NCBI RefSeq assembly: GCF_006345805.1
Contig: NC_043007.1
Span: 7,626,001-7,690,000 of the forward strand
Direction: 5' to 3'
Source: Octopus sinensis
Lineage: Eukaryota
Length of the DNA stretch: 64,000 bases
The translations under genes were made by a program, and so were the position numbers. A model generated the notes under the pieces. The model searched no databases. It worked only from the letters and a program-made list of their open reading frames with translations, and had not been told where the DNA came from. This document shows positions 53,273 through 64,000 of this stretch, in pieces (the first letter of the stretch is position 1; each line of letters begins with the position of its first letter).

Positions 53273-56200
53273 TTAGGGAATATTATTCCAAACTTACAGG
53301 GGAAAATTCAATTCAGAAATACTAAATCAAATTTCACAAAATATAATAAATATATGAATTGATAAAAGGTGTTTTTTTTTCCTAATTTATATATATATGA
53401 TTTTTTTTCTTTTTTTAGGGTAAAATAGTACTTTTAGATTTCAACCCTTTCGGACCAGTTACTGACAGTCTAATGTTTGATTGGTCAGAACTGTTGTCTG
53501 ACCATCCTTTCCAAAAATCTTCCACTGATGTAGAAGGATCAGAAGATGTCCAACAGGTAAGGCAAACTTTCATATGTCTATGGAATGCGTAAGGTGAGCT
53601 TTCAGGTGTGTGTATGCGTATGTAAAGCATACTTTCATGTATATGTGTGTAAGGTGAGCTCTCATGTGCCCCTCTGTGTGTGTGTACTGAAAACAATGTA
53701 GAACTTGCTTCAGGGTTGTTATTAACACCAACCCATAGATTTCTCTGTCCTTTTCAAGATTGCAAAGAGTCTTTTTGTATTTTGTTTTTTTTACTATTCT
53801 TCTTTGAACTGAAGTTTTGCTTTTGGCTTTCATTTATTTATTATTATTTTTGTTCTTTTACTGCCAAAAGCTGAATGCAAGCACCATAAAACTAAATGCT
53901 AATGATGTGTTCCTTACTTTCCAACAGCTTCCTGTATTTCGATATATCCGTGAGTCAGAAAGTGCGATGAAGCCAAATCCTTATGCCTACTACGCTCTGC
54001 CTAAAGATTTTGTAGACTTATCCCTGGGTACCGACCCATACAAACTAGTTGATTTCTTAAAACTGGTAAGTGACATTTTGAAATGTAATTAGAGGTGGAA
54101 TGCAATGGAAAATCAAACTCTTAAATTATCATAATGCCTTCCCGATATAAATCTTCCAATCTTGTTAGAATCTAGACATTTTGGTGAAATGCAGTTAGCT
54201 ATCATAACTTGTTTTAACATCCACTTGGTCAGACGAAATTCTACGGCCAGATGCCCTTCCTGTTGCCAGCTCTCACCCGTTTCCAAGCAAGGTAACCTTT
54301 CCATAGGCCAGACATATCTTTCGTGTAAGACTGGAGGGGAAAACAGCATTGTCTGCATGACGGTGTCACTTGTCTCCAACCATCATATCAGGACAAGGGG
54401 ACACACAGACACACTCACATATGCATATAGAAGCTGGTCTATATAGTGATAGACGGGCTTCTTTCAGTTTCTGTCCATGAGACCCACTCACAAGACTTTG
54501 ATTAGACTAGGGCTGTGGTAGAAGACATATACCCAAGGTGCCATGCAATGGGACTGAACCCAAAACTCCATTGTTGGAAGCAATCTTCTTAACCCCATGG
54601 TCAGGGCAGCACCTGTCTGTTCAGTATAAAAATACCATTATTGCAATTTGGATGGAACTTGATATGATCTGAAAATTGTTGATGTCTGTTGTGAATGTGG
54701 TTTTCATCTGTTGTGATGTCACTTATTTGGAAAATAGGTAAGGGTTGGCTACAGGAAGGGTGTCCAGTTGTAAAACAGCTTTTCACTTAGGCATTCCTGT
54801 TATCCATGCTAGCATGGAGGCACAATGGCCTAATGGTTAGAGCAGCGGACTCACGGTCTAGGGACTGCGGGTTCGAATCTCAGACCGGGCGATGTGTGTG
54901 TTTATGAGCGAAACACCTAAGCTCCACGCAGTTCCAGCAGAAGGTAATGGCGAACTTCTGCTGACTCTTTCACCACAACTTTCTCTCACTCTTTCCTCCT
55001 GCATCTTGCAGCTCATCTGCAACGGACCAGTGTCCTGTTCAGGTGGGGAACCTATATGCCAAAGAAACCAGGAAACTGGCCCTTATGAGCCAGGTGTGGC
55101 TCGAGAAGGAACAAACAAACATGCCAGCGTGGAAAAACAGACGTAGAAACAAAAGAACAAAACAAACCAGAACTAAAGACACACAGTTATGTACTCAACA
55201 AGACTAAATGGGTCGTCATCGTCATCATCATCATCATCATCATCATTTAACATCTGCTTTCCATGCCGGCATGGGTTGGATGGTTTGACTGGGGCTGGCT
55301 AGGCAGAAGACTGCACCCAGCTTCACTGCCTGTTCAAGCAGGGTTTTTACGGCTGCATGCTCTTTCCTGATGTTGACCACCTCACAGAATGGAGATCCTC
55401 TTGGAAATCTACATTGTCTCTACCCTTGTGCCAACCACTTTACAGGGTTTTCCTGGATGTAACATGGTCCTGATATTAATGTAATATTTACATCTACGTT
55501 TTAATCATTTTGGTCTTTGCTCATCATCAAGGTTTTTATTTCTGGGTATTTACATATAGTACCAGACTAGATTCCTCCTTAAGAAAACCAAATTCCAGGA
55601 CCTGATTGATGAGGCTTTCGTCATAGGATGCCATTGAAATACATATTGAAATAAACTACCAGAGTTTCCGCAGCAAACTTGGTGCACTGTTCTGTGTAGA
55701 GGATTGATTTGGAATCCACATCATCATCATTTTGCATCTGTTGTCCCGTGGTTCTTAACCTATTTACTACCACACTTCCCCTAGGAACTTGTCCTTCCCT
55801 CCACACACCCCTTGCATCTATGAATGAAATTCCCTCCCACACTTTAAATAAAATCTAAATTATGTCTTTAGTCTTTTTATTGAATATGAATTAGTCAGAT
55901 TATACGAAATATGATTTTATATATAATCACAAAAAGTGAGATAGTTGACACTGCTTCTTAGCTACAAGATCTTGAATGCCCAATGTAAGTCCCTTTCAAT
56001 GTTCAGCCTGTTTCCGTACTTGGTCTTGGTGGCAACGAGCATGGAAAATGCAGCTTCACAAAGATACGTGGATCCAAACATGGCTAAAATCCAAAGAGCC
56101 TGATGTGAGATCAGAAGGTAAACAGGAAGTTACTTGATCCAGAATGTTTCAAGATCCAGTCTTCCTTCGGTTCTGGATGCTGAGTCTTCATGATGAAGTA

Positions 56201-57526
56201 TGCAGATGGATTTTTTCCTCTCATCCTAGTAATGAATCCCAACTGCAGACCAAGGGTGACTGGAGCTCCATCAGTGCACACCCCTATCAGTGAACCCCAC
56301 AAAAGTTGGTTTTCCTGAAAGAGGTTTGGTACATCACAAAAAAAGCTGCTACTGGCCAAACAACATTTCCTCTTTTACACAAAACGAACATAAACCGGTA
56401 ACTGAGAACACTGAGTGACATCAATCGTTTTGTGAGAGTGGATGGCAAAGACAGGAGAATCTCTTTCTTGGTTGAGAATTTGATCTTTGGTGTCTTGAGA
56501 CAAGTGGTCAATCCTTCTCTTGGCTGTATCATTTGATAATGAAATCTGGGAAAGCTTGTTTGCACTGTCTTTTCCCCAGAACGAGTTCTGCTGCATGGAG
56601 TAGACTTGGTTTTATGAGAGACTCCCTGATGTTCTTGCTCTTTGCAATCAACATGGTGCTCTCCTAGGCAGCCTCAACAACCACTGAAATTTGTTGCGGA
56701 AATGCCCCACTACTGCCAAACTTAGCTTGCTTCAAGGAATGTCTTTCTGTTTCAAAGAATGCCTCGGGCTTGTCTGCAAGAGCAGGATGTGTTGTCCTCA
56801 AGTGGCGTTCCAAGTGTGAGGGTCACATTCCATCATTGCTCAAAATTTTGTATAATATCACACTCTGAGGGGACTTCTATGTCACTCTTTTTGAGGAACA
56901 CGAATCCAGATCGAATATATTTGTCAAGATACTTTGATTACTTAGCACTCATTGTGAATTATTTGATGTGCAGTGGACAACACAAATATGTGAACAAAAG
57001 ATAAGGCATGTGTAAGGTAAGGTCAAGGCCCAAGAACGCTTGGAGTAAAGATTTCTGGAAAAAAATTGAAGCAAAAAAATTTGAAATAAAAGTTAAAAGA
57101 AAAATTATTTTTAAAATTTGTACAAAAAAATATTGTATTTAGTTGTATGAAAATTTTTAAAATAGTTTCTTTAAAAAAAAAAAAAGATTCTGAATAACTT
57201 TTAGGTTCACCTCATATTTTCTGTAATATTTGAGTTTTAGGCTTTATGTTATAATTTTTTTTCTTACAAAACAATTTACTATATTTTTAACATAAGCATT
57301 TAATATTAAAAATTTTGGTTTTATTGTTAAAATTTCTTATTTTCCAATCTGTTTTAATTGCTTAAAAAACTATACCCTTATTTTTATTCTTTATTTGTAT
57401 TTGTGTCTTTATTTTTTTACTATATCATTTAAACATTTTTTTTCATACTAATAATTCTTTTCTTTTGTTTTATGATTCCAGCAAAATTCAAAAATGAAAA
57501 ATGAAGAATCAGATGAAGAGAAGTGA
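33134..57526 (+). CDS. CDC123: Cell division cycle protein 123 homolog (D123 family, ATP-grasp eIF2 assembly factor), 12 coding exons, 349 aa: join(33134-33207,36161-36229,37485-37554,38644-38676,42967-43062,45000-45106,47715-47842,48864-48986,50919-50947,53419-53556,53928-54065,57482-57526)
   Basis: The manually spliced exons sum to 1050 nt with all phases compatible and all introns GT-AG. The translation carries hallmark CDC123 motifs: MKxxHVLNCxFSSW, [63 protein letters not shown]. Confidence 0.96.
33242..33509. mobile_element. MITE with ~68-bp TIRs and TA flanks, in CDC123 intron 1
   Basis: ctactagcggacagtggtcccggtg...gtcgtaagtagtcgatcctacaac pairs with gttgtaggatcgactacttacgac...caccgggaccactgttcgctagtag. 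Confidence 0.8.
34003..34173. mobile_element. Probable hAT-type MITE remnant
   Basis: Starts tagtgttcctcaacctt and ends ggttgcagggcactg, resembling Charlie-type termini. Confidence 0.4.
34555..34922 (-). mobile_element. tRNA-derived SINE family 1
   Basis: Minus head taggcgcaggagtggctgtgtggtaagtagc...gggttcagtccc; central (CA/TA)n. Further copies at 39737-40127, 39563-39715 with 40190-40400, and 58825-59215. Confidence 0.85.
35130..35475 (+). mobile_element. Abundant retroposon 3' end with (GAT)n tail
   Basis: gagtggttggcattaggaagggcatccagctgtag...ttaaacgatgatgatg recurs at 50290-50625(+), 49880-50040(-), 55230-55340(-), 58730-58820(+) and 59220-59420(-). Confidence 0.7.
36161..36229 (+). 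CDS. CDC123: CDC123 exon 2 ([23 protein letters not shown])
   Basis: ccatag| acceptor, |gtgagt donor, phase 2 on both sides. Confidence 0.93.
37485..37554 (+). CDS. CDC123: CDC123 exon 3 ([23 protein letters not shown])
   Basis: ttttag| acceptor, |gtaaga donor; acidic linker with SDDE. Confidence 0.9.
38644..38676 (+). CDS. CDC123: CDC123 exon 4, 33-nt micro-exon ([11 protein letters not shown])
   Basis: Long poly-T tract plus cag| acceptor, |gtaaga donor, phase 0/0. The frame holds with or without it, so inclusion is inferred. Confidence 0.8.
39563..40400. mobile_element. Nested SINE-in-SINE (family 1), opposite orientations
   Basis: + head 39563-39715, full - copy 39737-40127, + tail 40190-40400; the junctions lie in (TA)n. 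Confidence 0.8.
40961..41063. repeat. Near-perfect ~103-bp palindrome
   Basis: tatctgtaaatgtaatatgtgacaattatttggtaaccatgataaaactc t gagttttatcatggcaaccaaataattgtctcacatattacatttacagata. Confidence 0.9.
41068..42359 (+). mobile_element. Full-length (1292 bp) mariner DD34D element in CDC123 intron 4
   Basis: ~36-bp TIRs cgagggacattcaataagtaatgcacctgacccact / agtgggtcaggggcattacttattgaacgcccctcg with TA TSD; transposase 41235-42286. Confidence 0.95.
41235..42286 (+). pseudogene. Mariner transposase pseudogene
   Basis: [26 protein letters not shown] and [16 protein letters not shown]. One 1-bp deletion near 41323 and a TGG>TGA stop at 41837-39. Confidence 0.92.
42967..43062 (+). CDS. CDC123: CDC123 exon 5 ([32 protein letters not shown])
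   Basis: ctag| and |gtaagt; FPKLNWSSP motif. Confidence 0.96.
44800..44832 (+). ncRNA. Degenerate minimal hammerhead-like motif (GAAA>GGAA), same repeat family as 18796-18830
   Basis: TTT CTGACGA A GAG ctcca CTC GGAAC GTT AAA; similar upstream flank (ttccct..ctttcct.tg). Confidence 0.45.
45000..45106 (+). CDS. CDC123: CDC123 exon 6 ([36 protein letters not shown])
   Basis: aatag| and |gtaagt; DAxW and LLKSSDF motifs. Confidence 0.96.
46353..46978. mobile_element. Possible decayed piggyBac-like non-autonomous element
   Basis: Ends resemble (TTAA)CCCTTT..AAAGGG(TTAA) with mismatches; internal SDSEFEGF-like acidic remnant. Confidence 0.35.
47258..47486 (-). mobile_element. SINE family 2 copy with TSD gccaaaagaaatacc
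   Basis: TSD at 47243-57 and 47484-98; inserted into an older related SINE. Confidence 0.85.
47715..47842 (+). CDS. CDC123: CDC123 exon 7 ([42 protein letters not shown])
   Basis: ccag| and |gtaagt; LxLRxW...EFRCFV motif. Confidence 0.96.
48864..48986 (+). CDS. CDC123: CDC123 exon 8 ([40 protein letters not shown])
   Basis: tctag| and |gtaagt; IxQR motif; 123 nt. Confidence 0.94.
50919..50947 (+). CDS. CDC123: CDC123 exon 9, 29 nt ([10 protein letters not shown])
   Basis: Pyrimidine tract plus cacag|, |gtaagt donor; VFDVY motif; restores phase 0. Confidence 0.93.
53419..53556 (+). CDS. CDC123: CDC123 exon 10 ([25 protein letters not shown]...)
   Basis: tttag| and |gtaagg; LxDFNPFG..TD.L.F.W motif. 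Confidence 0.96.
53928..54065 (+). CDS. CDC123: CDC123 exon 11 (LPVFRYIR...[23 protein letters not shown])
   Basis: caacag| and |gtaagt; conserved C-terminal motif. Confidence 0.96.
55960..56760 (-). mobile_element. hAT (Charlie/ZBED8/SCAND3-like) transposase remnant in CDC123 intron 11
   Basis: [33 protein letters not shown] and [12 protein letters not shown] in broken frames. Confidence 0.8.
57482..57526 (+). CDS. CDC123: CDC123 terminal coding exon ([14 protein letters not shown])
   Basis: Pyrimidine tract plus ttccag| acceptor, short acidic tail, TGA at 57524-57526, AATAAA downstream. Confidence 0.8.
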   Translation, partial: QNSKMKNEESDEEK

Positions 57527-57674
57527 TGATGCTACGGTGAATACAATGTACTTGGGTAGCACCAACTGTCTTCAGTTGGTGCCTGTGTGTGTGCTACAGA
57601 CTGTTAACTGAGGCTGCAACTCTTCTTCTCATCCATTGCTCATCCAATATTTATTTCTATTTTTATTATTGTAT

Positions 57675-57680
57675 AATAAA
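57675..57680 (+). terminator. Candidate polyadenylation signal of CDC123 (a second AATAAA at 57753-57758)
   Basis: AATAAA about 150 nt after the stop codon. Confidence 0.5.
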
Positions 57681-59054
57681 CAAATCATTATGATGATCCA
57701 AGAAATCATCATTGATTAATACTGATTGATTTGCGAAATGAATGGTGAATTGAATAAACTGGTCGGGTGTTGGGAAAATTGGAAGACTGTGAAACAGAAT
57801 TGTAGGAGATCAATAGAACTGGTTGATCATCAAAGACAATGCTGGTTGAGCTGCAGACTTAGTGGAATTTTGGATAAAATGGTAGAGGGTTGGCAGAACT
57901 GGTAGAGCACCGATTAAAATGCTTGGCTGTGTTTTGTTGCATCCCTTTACACTGTGAGTTGACTGCTGAAATCAATTTTCGCTTTCATCCGTTCAGAGTT
58001 GATTAAAAAACTTCATCCAACCCAGGACGGAAATCAATGAAATCCATTGTTCATTGGGTTTGTGTGTCATCACTATCATCATCATCGTCGTCTTCTTCAT
58101 TGTTTTAACATCCACTTTTTCATGCCGGCATGGGTCGGGCAGATTTTCTAGGGCCAAATCCCCTGCTTTTCCGAACTCTTGCTGGTTTCTAAGATAAAAA
58201 TTCTTTCACCTTTCAAACGACAAAAGGCCTGAATATAATTACAGGGCTTTTTCTTTTCTTTTCATAAAAACTGCACAACTTGTCCAGACATGTCATCAAG
58301 TCTTTTCATTGTTTACTGCAAACCTATTATTACGTCACCTGTGTTGATGGCAAGGCTGTCGTTCTGTTTATAGTCAGTATTGACGAGAAGAAAACACACA
58401 CACATGCGTGCATACACATATATAAACGATGGACTTCTTTCAGTTTCCATTTATGAAATCTACTTGCAATGTCTTGGTGTGCCTAGGGCACTTGGTCCCA
58501 AGGTGATCATGGGACCAACCTGACTATCACGTGATGTTACACATCACTGGTCACAATGTGTTTGCTTCATTTTAGCGTTTGATTAATGCCACCCCACTGG
58601 CATTCCCCCACCCCCTGATCAAAAGGGGGAATGAAGGGTTTTGCTCAAGAACACGATGCATCACTCGATCTAGGAAACGAACCCATGATCATGAGTATAC
58701 AACACCCTAACAACCAGGACATGCACTGTCACAATCAATATTGGAGCCTGGTTCACCAGATCTCAGTCAAATCATCCAACCCATGCTAGCATGGAAAGCG
58801 GACGTTAAACGATGATGATATATATATATTCTTTTATTCTTTTACTGGTTTGTCATTTGACTGTGGCCATGCTGGAGCACCACCTTTAGTTGAACAAATC
58901 GACCACAGGACTTATTCTTTGTAAGCATAGTATTTATTCCATTGGTCTCTCCTCCCGAGCCACTAAGTTATGGGGACGTAAATACACCAACATTGGTTGT
59001 CAAGCGTTGGTGGGGGTGGGACAAATACAGACAGACAAGCACACATGCATATAT

Positions 59055-59097
<43 letters not shown>

Positions 59098-59562
59098 CAA
59101 CAGGCCTCTTTCAGTTTCCATTTACCAAATCCACTCTCAAGGCTTTGGTTGGCTTGAGGCTATAGTAGAAGACACTTGTCCAAGGTGCCACCCAGAGGGA
59201 CTGAACCCAGGACCATATATAATCATCATCATTTAACACCCATTTTGAGTGCTGGTAAGGCCAGGGGTCACACCAGGCTCCTCCAGGCATGGTTTCTATA
59301 GTTGGATGCCCTTCCAAATGCCAACCACTCCACAGAATGTAGTGGGTGCTTTTAACATGGCACCAGCATTGGTACCTATTCTGCAGATGGATCTTCTTGA
59401 GAAGGGCAAGGTGCCAGATGTCTCGGCCCTTTGTCGTCTCCCTTGCAAAGCTCAGTCACTTGGGACCTGTCTTCCCTCACAAAACTTTGGCAGCTTGATG
59501 CACGTTCCAACTGGGGAACAACCTGCTGCATTTTGTCACGGACAGTATATCTTGCTTGTTGA

Positions 59563-59845
59563 CAAATGGTGTGTATACACCTAGATCAGCTCGCAGCGCC
59601 ACCTACCCAGACAGTGAGATGCTAGCATTTCGAAGTAGTTATCTCCTCTTTGGTCACAGACACTAGGCAGGCGGCGCTACAAGCTGATTGAAGAGATTGA
59701 CTCTCTTACGCTTTTCCAGTCGCCATATGGTGACTGACAGTGCTATGTATCTGACTGAAGAGGAGATAACTACTCCAAAATGCTAGCATCTCGCGGTCTG
59801 GGCAGGTGGCGCTGCAAGCTCATCTAGGTGTATACACACCATTTG
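59563..59845. mobile_element. MITE with ~95-bp TIRs
   Basis: caaatggtgtgtatacacctagat...gagatgctagcattt...gtagttatctcctctt is mirrored at the right end. Confidence 0.8.
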
Positions 59846-60139
59846 CAAACGAACGGAATGTATTCTCTATGAAATGCAGTGAGGTGCTTGTTCCGCAGTT
59901 CCAACGTGCATCAAGCATATTTGCACTGACAATAACATTGCAATTTCACTCATCACTGTTTAGCACCCCTCCCCCCTCCATAATGCCAAAGGCCTCGGTC
60001 ATTGCCTCCTTGGGGCCCAACACTCGAAAGGAGCTTTTCACGTGCCACCGCCATCAGCCAATTTGCCTCTATGGGGCCCAACGCTCGAAAGCTATTTTCT
60101 TACATGCCACGAGCATGGGTGCCAGTTGCGTCACACCTA

Positions 60140-60330
60140 ATCAGCCGAAGGGATCCAAGGTCGAGGCAGTCATGAAGATGTCACCCACAAAAGACGTCTC
60201 AAGCTTAAAGTCTTTCTTAGGTTCGGTTCAGTTTTGTAGGAAGTTTACCCGAAACCTGGCCACTTTACCGTTTAACCAAGAAGGCAACTCCTTGGAATTG
60301 GGGAGATGAGGAGCAAAGAGCGCTTAAACA
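60140..60330 (+). mobile_element. Ty3/Gypsy pol fragment (RT-RNaseH connection)
   Basis: PKGSKVEAVMKMSPTKDVSSLKSFLGSVQFCRKFTRNLA. Confidence 0.65.
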
Positions 60331-60344
60331 ATCGAAGAGATTAT

Positions 60345-60860
60345 TATATATGAAACTGTGCAAAAAGTAGGGTCTAGAGAGAAGCAAGACAAACTGCAGA
60401 GAGTGGTGGGGTCACAGATCTGCAAAATCGTCTGAGATTTTCCAATTCAAACAGATCAGGTGGTAGAGCATAATAAACCAAACCTAGTGGTGGTGGACAA
60501 GGTGCTATATAGATGATGTTGCATGTCCCTTTGACCCACGAATAGTCCAGAATAAAGCCGAAAAAATAGATAAATACAATCCTCTTAAGTACGAAATAAC
60601 CCATCTTTGGAAAAGGAAGAAGGTAAAGATAATGCCAATTATTGTTGGATCCTTGGAGACAGTATCAGAAGGTACCGAGAGAAATGTAAAGGAAATTGGA
60701 GTAGAATGCTCAGTAGAACCGTTACACAAGGCTTGCTTCCTTGGCACGGCCTGAATAATCAGGTAAGTATTAGATAACTGAAAAGAACGGATTGCATGGT
60801 ACCGTGGGCTGCAGGCAACAAGCCCGCTACACATGCAAAACCCCAAGAGTTCCAACAAAA
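60345..60860 (+). mobile_element. R4-like RLE LINE 3' fragment
   Basis: DFPIQTDQVVEHNKPNLVVVDK, DVACPFD, EKIDKYNPLKYEI and IIVGSLG, followed by an aataatgataataat tail. Confidence 0.75.
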
Positions 60861-61199
60861 CCTGGGTTCAAAATAATGATAATAATCCTTTCTACTCTAG
60901 ACACAAGCCTGATATTTTGTAGGAGGAGGGAACCTGCTGATTTCATCAACCCCAGTGCTTGATCGATACGTTATTTTATCAGTCCCGAAAGGATGAAGGT
61001 TAAAGTTGAACTCAGAAAGTAATAATACCATAAACTAAACACAGCAAGTATACTACAATCACTTATCTGGAATATATTTTCTTGGTCTCTGCTTATACTT
61101 TAGATGTGAATTGCACATCTAAAAGACACGCTAACATACACTTTCTCACTCTGTAACTCTCTCTCATATATACATAAACGCATACATACGTACAATGAT

Positions 61200-61500
61200 T
61201 TAAGATGGAGAAGAGAAACTGCACAGTTGTGGAAATTAGTTGCCCAGCTGATGTTAACATAAAGCTGAAGATCAGTTTAAGGAACACCCATGTTGAACTA
61301 TTGAGAAATCCGCAGTTACTCTATTCAGATTATAAGTTCAGGTATATACCCATAATTATTGGGGCCCTGGGATATGTAACACACTGCCTAAATACTAATC
61401 ATGAGAAATTAGGCTTCTCAAAACCAGAAAGGAAAAAGCTAATTCGACGACTGCCGATCCAATCCATCACTGGAACTAAAAATCTGTAAAACTTTCTAGA
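61200..61500 (+). mobile_element. Second RLE-endonuclease C-terminal remnant
   Basis: CTVVEISCPADVN....PIIIGALGYV. Confidence 0.6.
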
Positions 61501-61774
61501 AGTTTATCATTTAAATATATATGAGCATGTCTAGATATGCAACTATATGCATGAGAAGACACACATAAAACAAACCATTTAAATCTGCGCACATACATAC
61601 ATACGGACAAAAATACTTGTTGAAGTTGAAATTCCAATGAAGGAGCCTTGGATCTAGGATAGAAACTGGTTCTTTCTCTGTTGGCAAGAAATCTTGAAAT
61701 AACCGAATAATGACATGCATACATGTATATATATATATTTATATATAAAATTTACTTGAAGAACAGAAAAGAAA

Positions 61775-62085
61775 CGAAACGACGCTCGCGGGAAGGGCTA
61801 GTTCGACTAGTCGTGTTCTATCCTTACCTTCGAAACACGCATGGAGTCGAACTAGGGACAGCTGATGAAGGGGAATTTTCCTTGTATTGTTTGTCTTGTA
61901 CTCTGTTTTTTCCTTGTTAAAAAAAGTCCGTTTCCATGTTTGTTTTCACGTTTTCGTTTCTCGTTGAGTTCTACGTCTCTTTGTGGTGTCCTGTACTCAC
62001 ATATATATATTTATATATGCATGTATATATACATGTAGATGTAGGTACGTACATGTATGTATGTATGCATATATTTTATTTATTA
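61775..62085 (+). repeat. Dispersed repeat (inverse of 3685-3980) with internal hairpin
   Basis: ctagttcgac(61798-807)/gtcgaactag(61846-55) stem; blocks shared with the 3.7-kb copy. Confidence 0.75.
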
Positions 62086-62104
62086 ATTTATATATATATA
62101 TATA

Positions 62105-64000
62105 TATAAATTAAGTTAGAGATAAAACCACTATTAGGCAAATCAAACAGTGAAAAACATAACCTAAATCATAAAAATAAAAATAATTAATATAATTTAC
62201 AAAATATATAGAATTTAAATTATTAATTTATATTTATATTTATAATTTTTTTATTATTATTATATATAACTATCAAAAAGTATTAAAAAGTTTATTATAA
62301 GATAAGTAAAACCACTACGTACGTTTCATGGCCATAACCTAATTTAAATTCAATTATAAATTCGAATTATGGTTATAGTCAATCTTCAGGTTAATGATAA
62401 TAGTTAAATAAATAAGCAAATATATTTAAAAATTATTTTTTAAGAAATAAATAAAATAATAATTTTTCTTATAAAAAATTTATTATCAAACTAGAAACTT
62501 TAATGATTATGATTATGTCATACAATCCAATTATAATGTTAAATATTAATTTTTAAGGTAAAGATAGAAAATGTATTTATCTATTCAGATATAATATGGC
62601 TTTATAAAACATAATAAACTCACGAATAACCTAATCTCAGTTATAGTCAATATCTAATTACCTAATTATTTAACAAAAAAGAATCAAAAAAATAAATACT
62701 ATTCATATTATTAAATTTAAGTTCAAATCTAATAATTATAAAATATTTGAATAATAACTTAATTATCATCAATAAATATATATAAATATAATAATTAAGA
62801 TCTAAAATTATCTCTATCAATAAATATATATATACGTATTAAAAAAAACTAAATAAATTAATTATTCCTTATTACTTATGAAATATATTAAATAATTTTA
62901 AAAAATTTAAATTAAAGATGAAAAAGCAAATTGTAAACGTATAAACTATCTTAAAAGAACCCTATAACTATTTAACAATCAATAAATCACGTTGGCTATA
63001 TTTAAGCTATAATAGAACAAAGACAACTATTAGAGATATTTATGAATATATAATATGGCTTAAAAAAACATAATAAACTCACAAATATCCTTAACTCAGT
63101 TATAGTCCAAAAATTTAATTACCAAATTATTTAACTAAATAATCTATCAATAAATATACATATACGTATTAAAAAAATTAAATTAATTAATTATTCATTA
63201 TTACTTATGAAATATATTAAATAATTAAAAAATTAAAGATGAAAGCGCAAATTGTAAACGTATAAACTATCTTAAAAGAACCCTATAACTATTTATCGAT
63301 CAATATATCTCGTTGGCTAATTAATAACTTACAAAAACTGTATAGTTATGATATAATAATGAACTAATGAAATACATATCTTCAACAACTAAATACTTAT
63401 ACAATCAAAATTATGTGGTACATTAAAAACATTTAAAATCAAATTAAAACCAGAAACCTAACTTTAAAAAATCGTATAACTATTAACGATCTATATATCT
63501 CTTTTGCTAAGTAAAATCTTACAAATAAACGTAGAGTTAAAATCTAATAATTATATAATTATATACATAACTTCAACAGCTAAATCATTACATAACAATC
63601 AGTATTTATATAGTATACAAAATAATACAATAAGACTTATTAAAATATTTTAAATTTTTTAATTTTTAAATATTAAAAAGAAATAGGTTACTTAGCTTTC
63701 CAAGGCTTTGTGATGAACTAAAGTTTTAAAACGAAAAACATCTTTAAAGCGTTCATAAGAATACTCGTGGAATTACGTTATTAACAAAAATAGAATAAAT
63801 AGATGAAGAATTATTTTAACGATGAAAAACTACTAATATATTTTATCAATGAAAATAGTGAATAGAAATTGTCAATGGAAATAGTTATAGTTTATCAATA
63901 AATGTAAATAGAATGAAGTCACAATTAAAGAATAGAACCACTCTATACTATAAGATTTATTATTAAAATAACTACAATAAATTATACTTAATACTCAATA
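62105..64000. repeat. Extremely AT-rich region with nested tandem duplications
   Basis: gcaaattgtaaacgtataaactatcttaaaagaaccctataactattta at ~62927 and ~63248; ataatatggc...ttatagtc at ~62592 and ~63051; no long ORF. Confidence 0.85.

Noticed and set aside
62105-64000. NUMT call
   Set aside because: AT-rich, but I see no mitochondrial tRNA, rRNA or protein sequence. Kept only as an alternative hypothesis.

Overview
Repeat-dense animal genomic DNA, most likely a coleoid cephalopod (octopus-type; inferred from the SINE families and microsatellite load, not proven), with a 100-N scaffold gap at 7666-7765. One host gene is present. CDC123 (ATP-grasp eIF2-assembly factor) lies on the + strand with 12 coding exons from 33134 to 57526; I spliced them by hand through GT-AG junctions into an uninterrupted 349-aa ORF. 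Everything else recognisable is mobile or repetitive DNA: (1) four 5'-truncated copies of a young Tx1/L1-clade LINE, three with (GATA)n on both sides and a 28-bp stub with it on one side; (2) R4/Dong-like RLE LINE fragments bordered by (TAA)n-type repeats; (3) RTE remnants, two mariners (one nearly intact), hAT and Gypsy fragments, MITEs and several tRNA-derived SINE families; (4) non-coding repeats carrying hammerhead-ribozyme cores. The most striking item is a complete type I hammerhead (12864-12965) in a 587-nt tandem non-coding unit, which resembles a Penelope pseudo-LTR or retrozyme. Further minimal or decayed hammerhead motifs occur at 18.8, 44.8 and 62.3 kb. The window ends in about 1.9 kb of extremely AT-rich nested repeats of uncertain origin.
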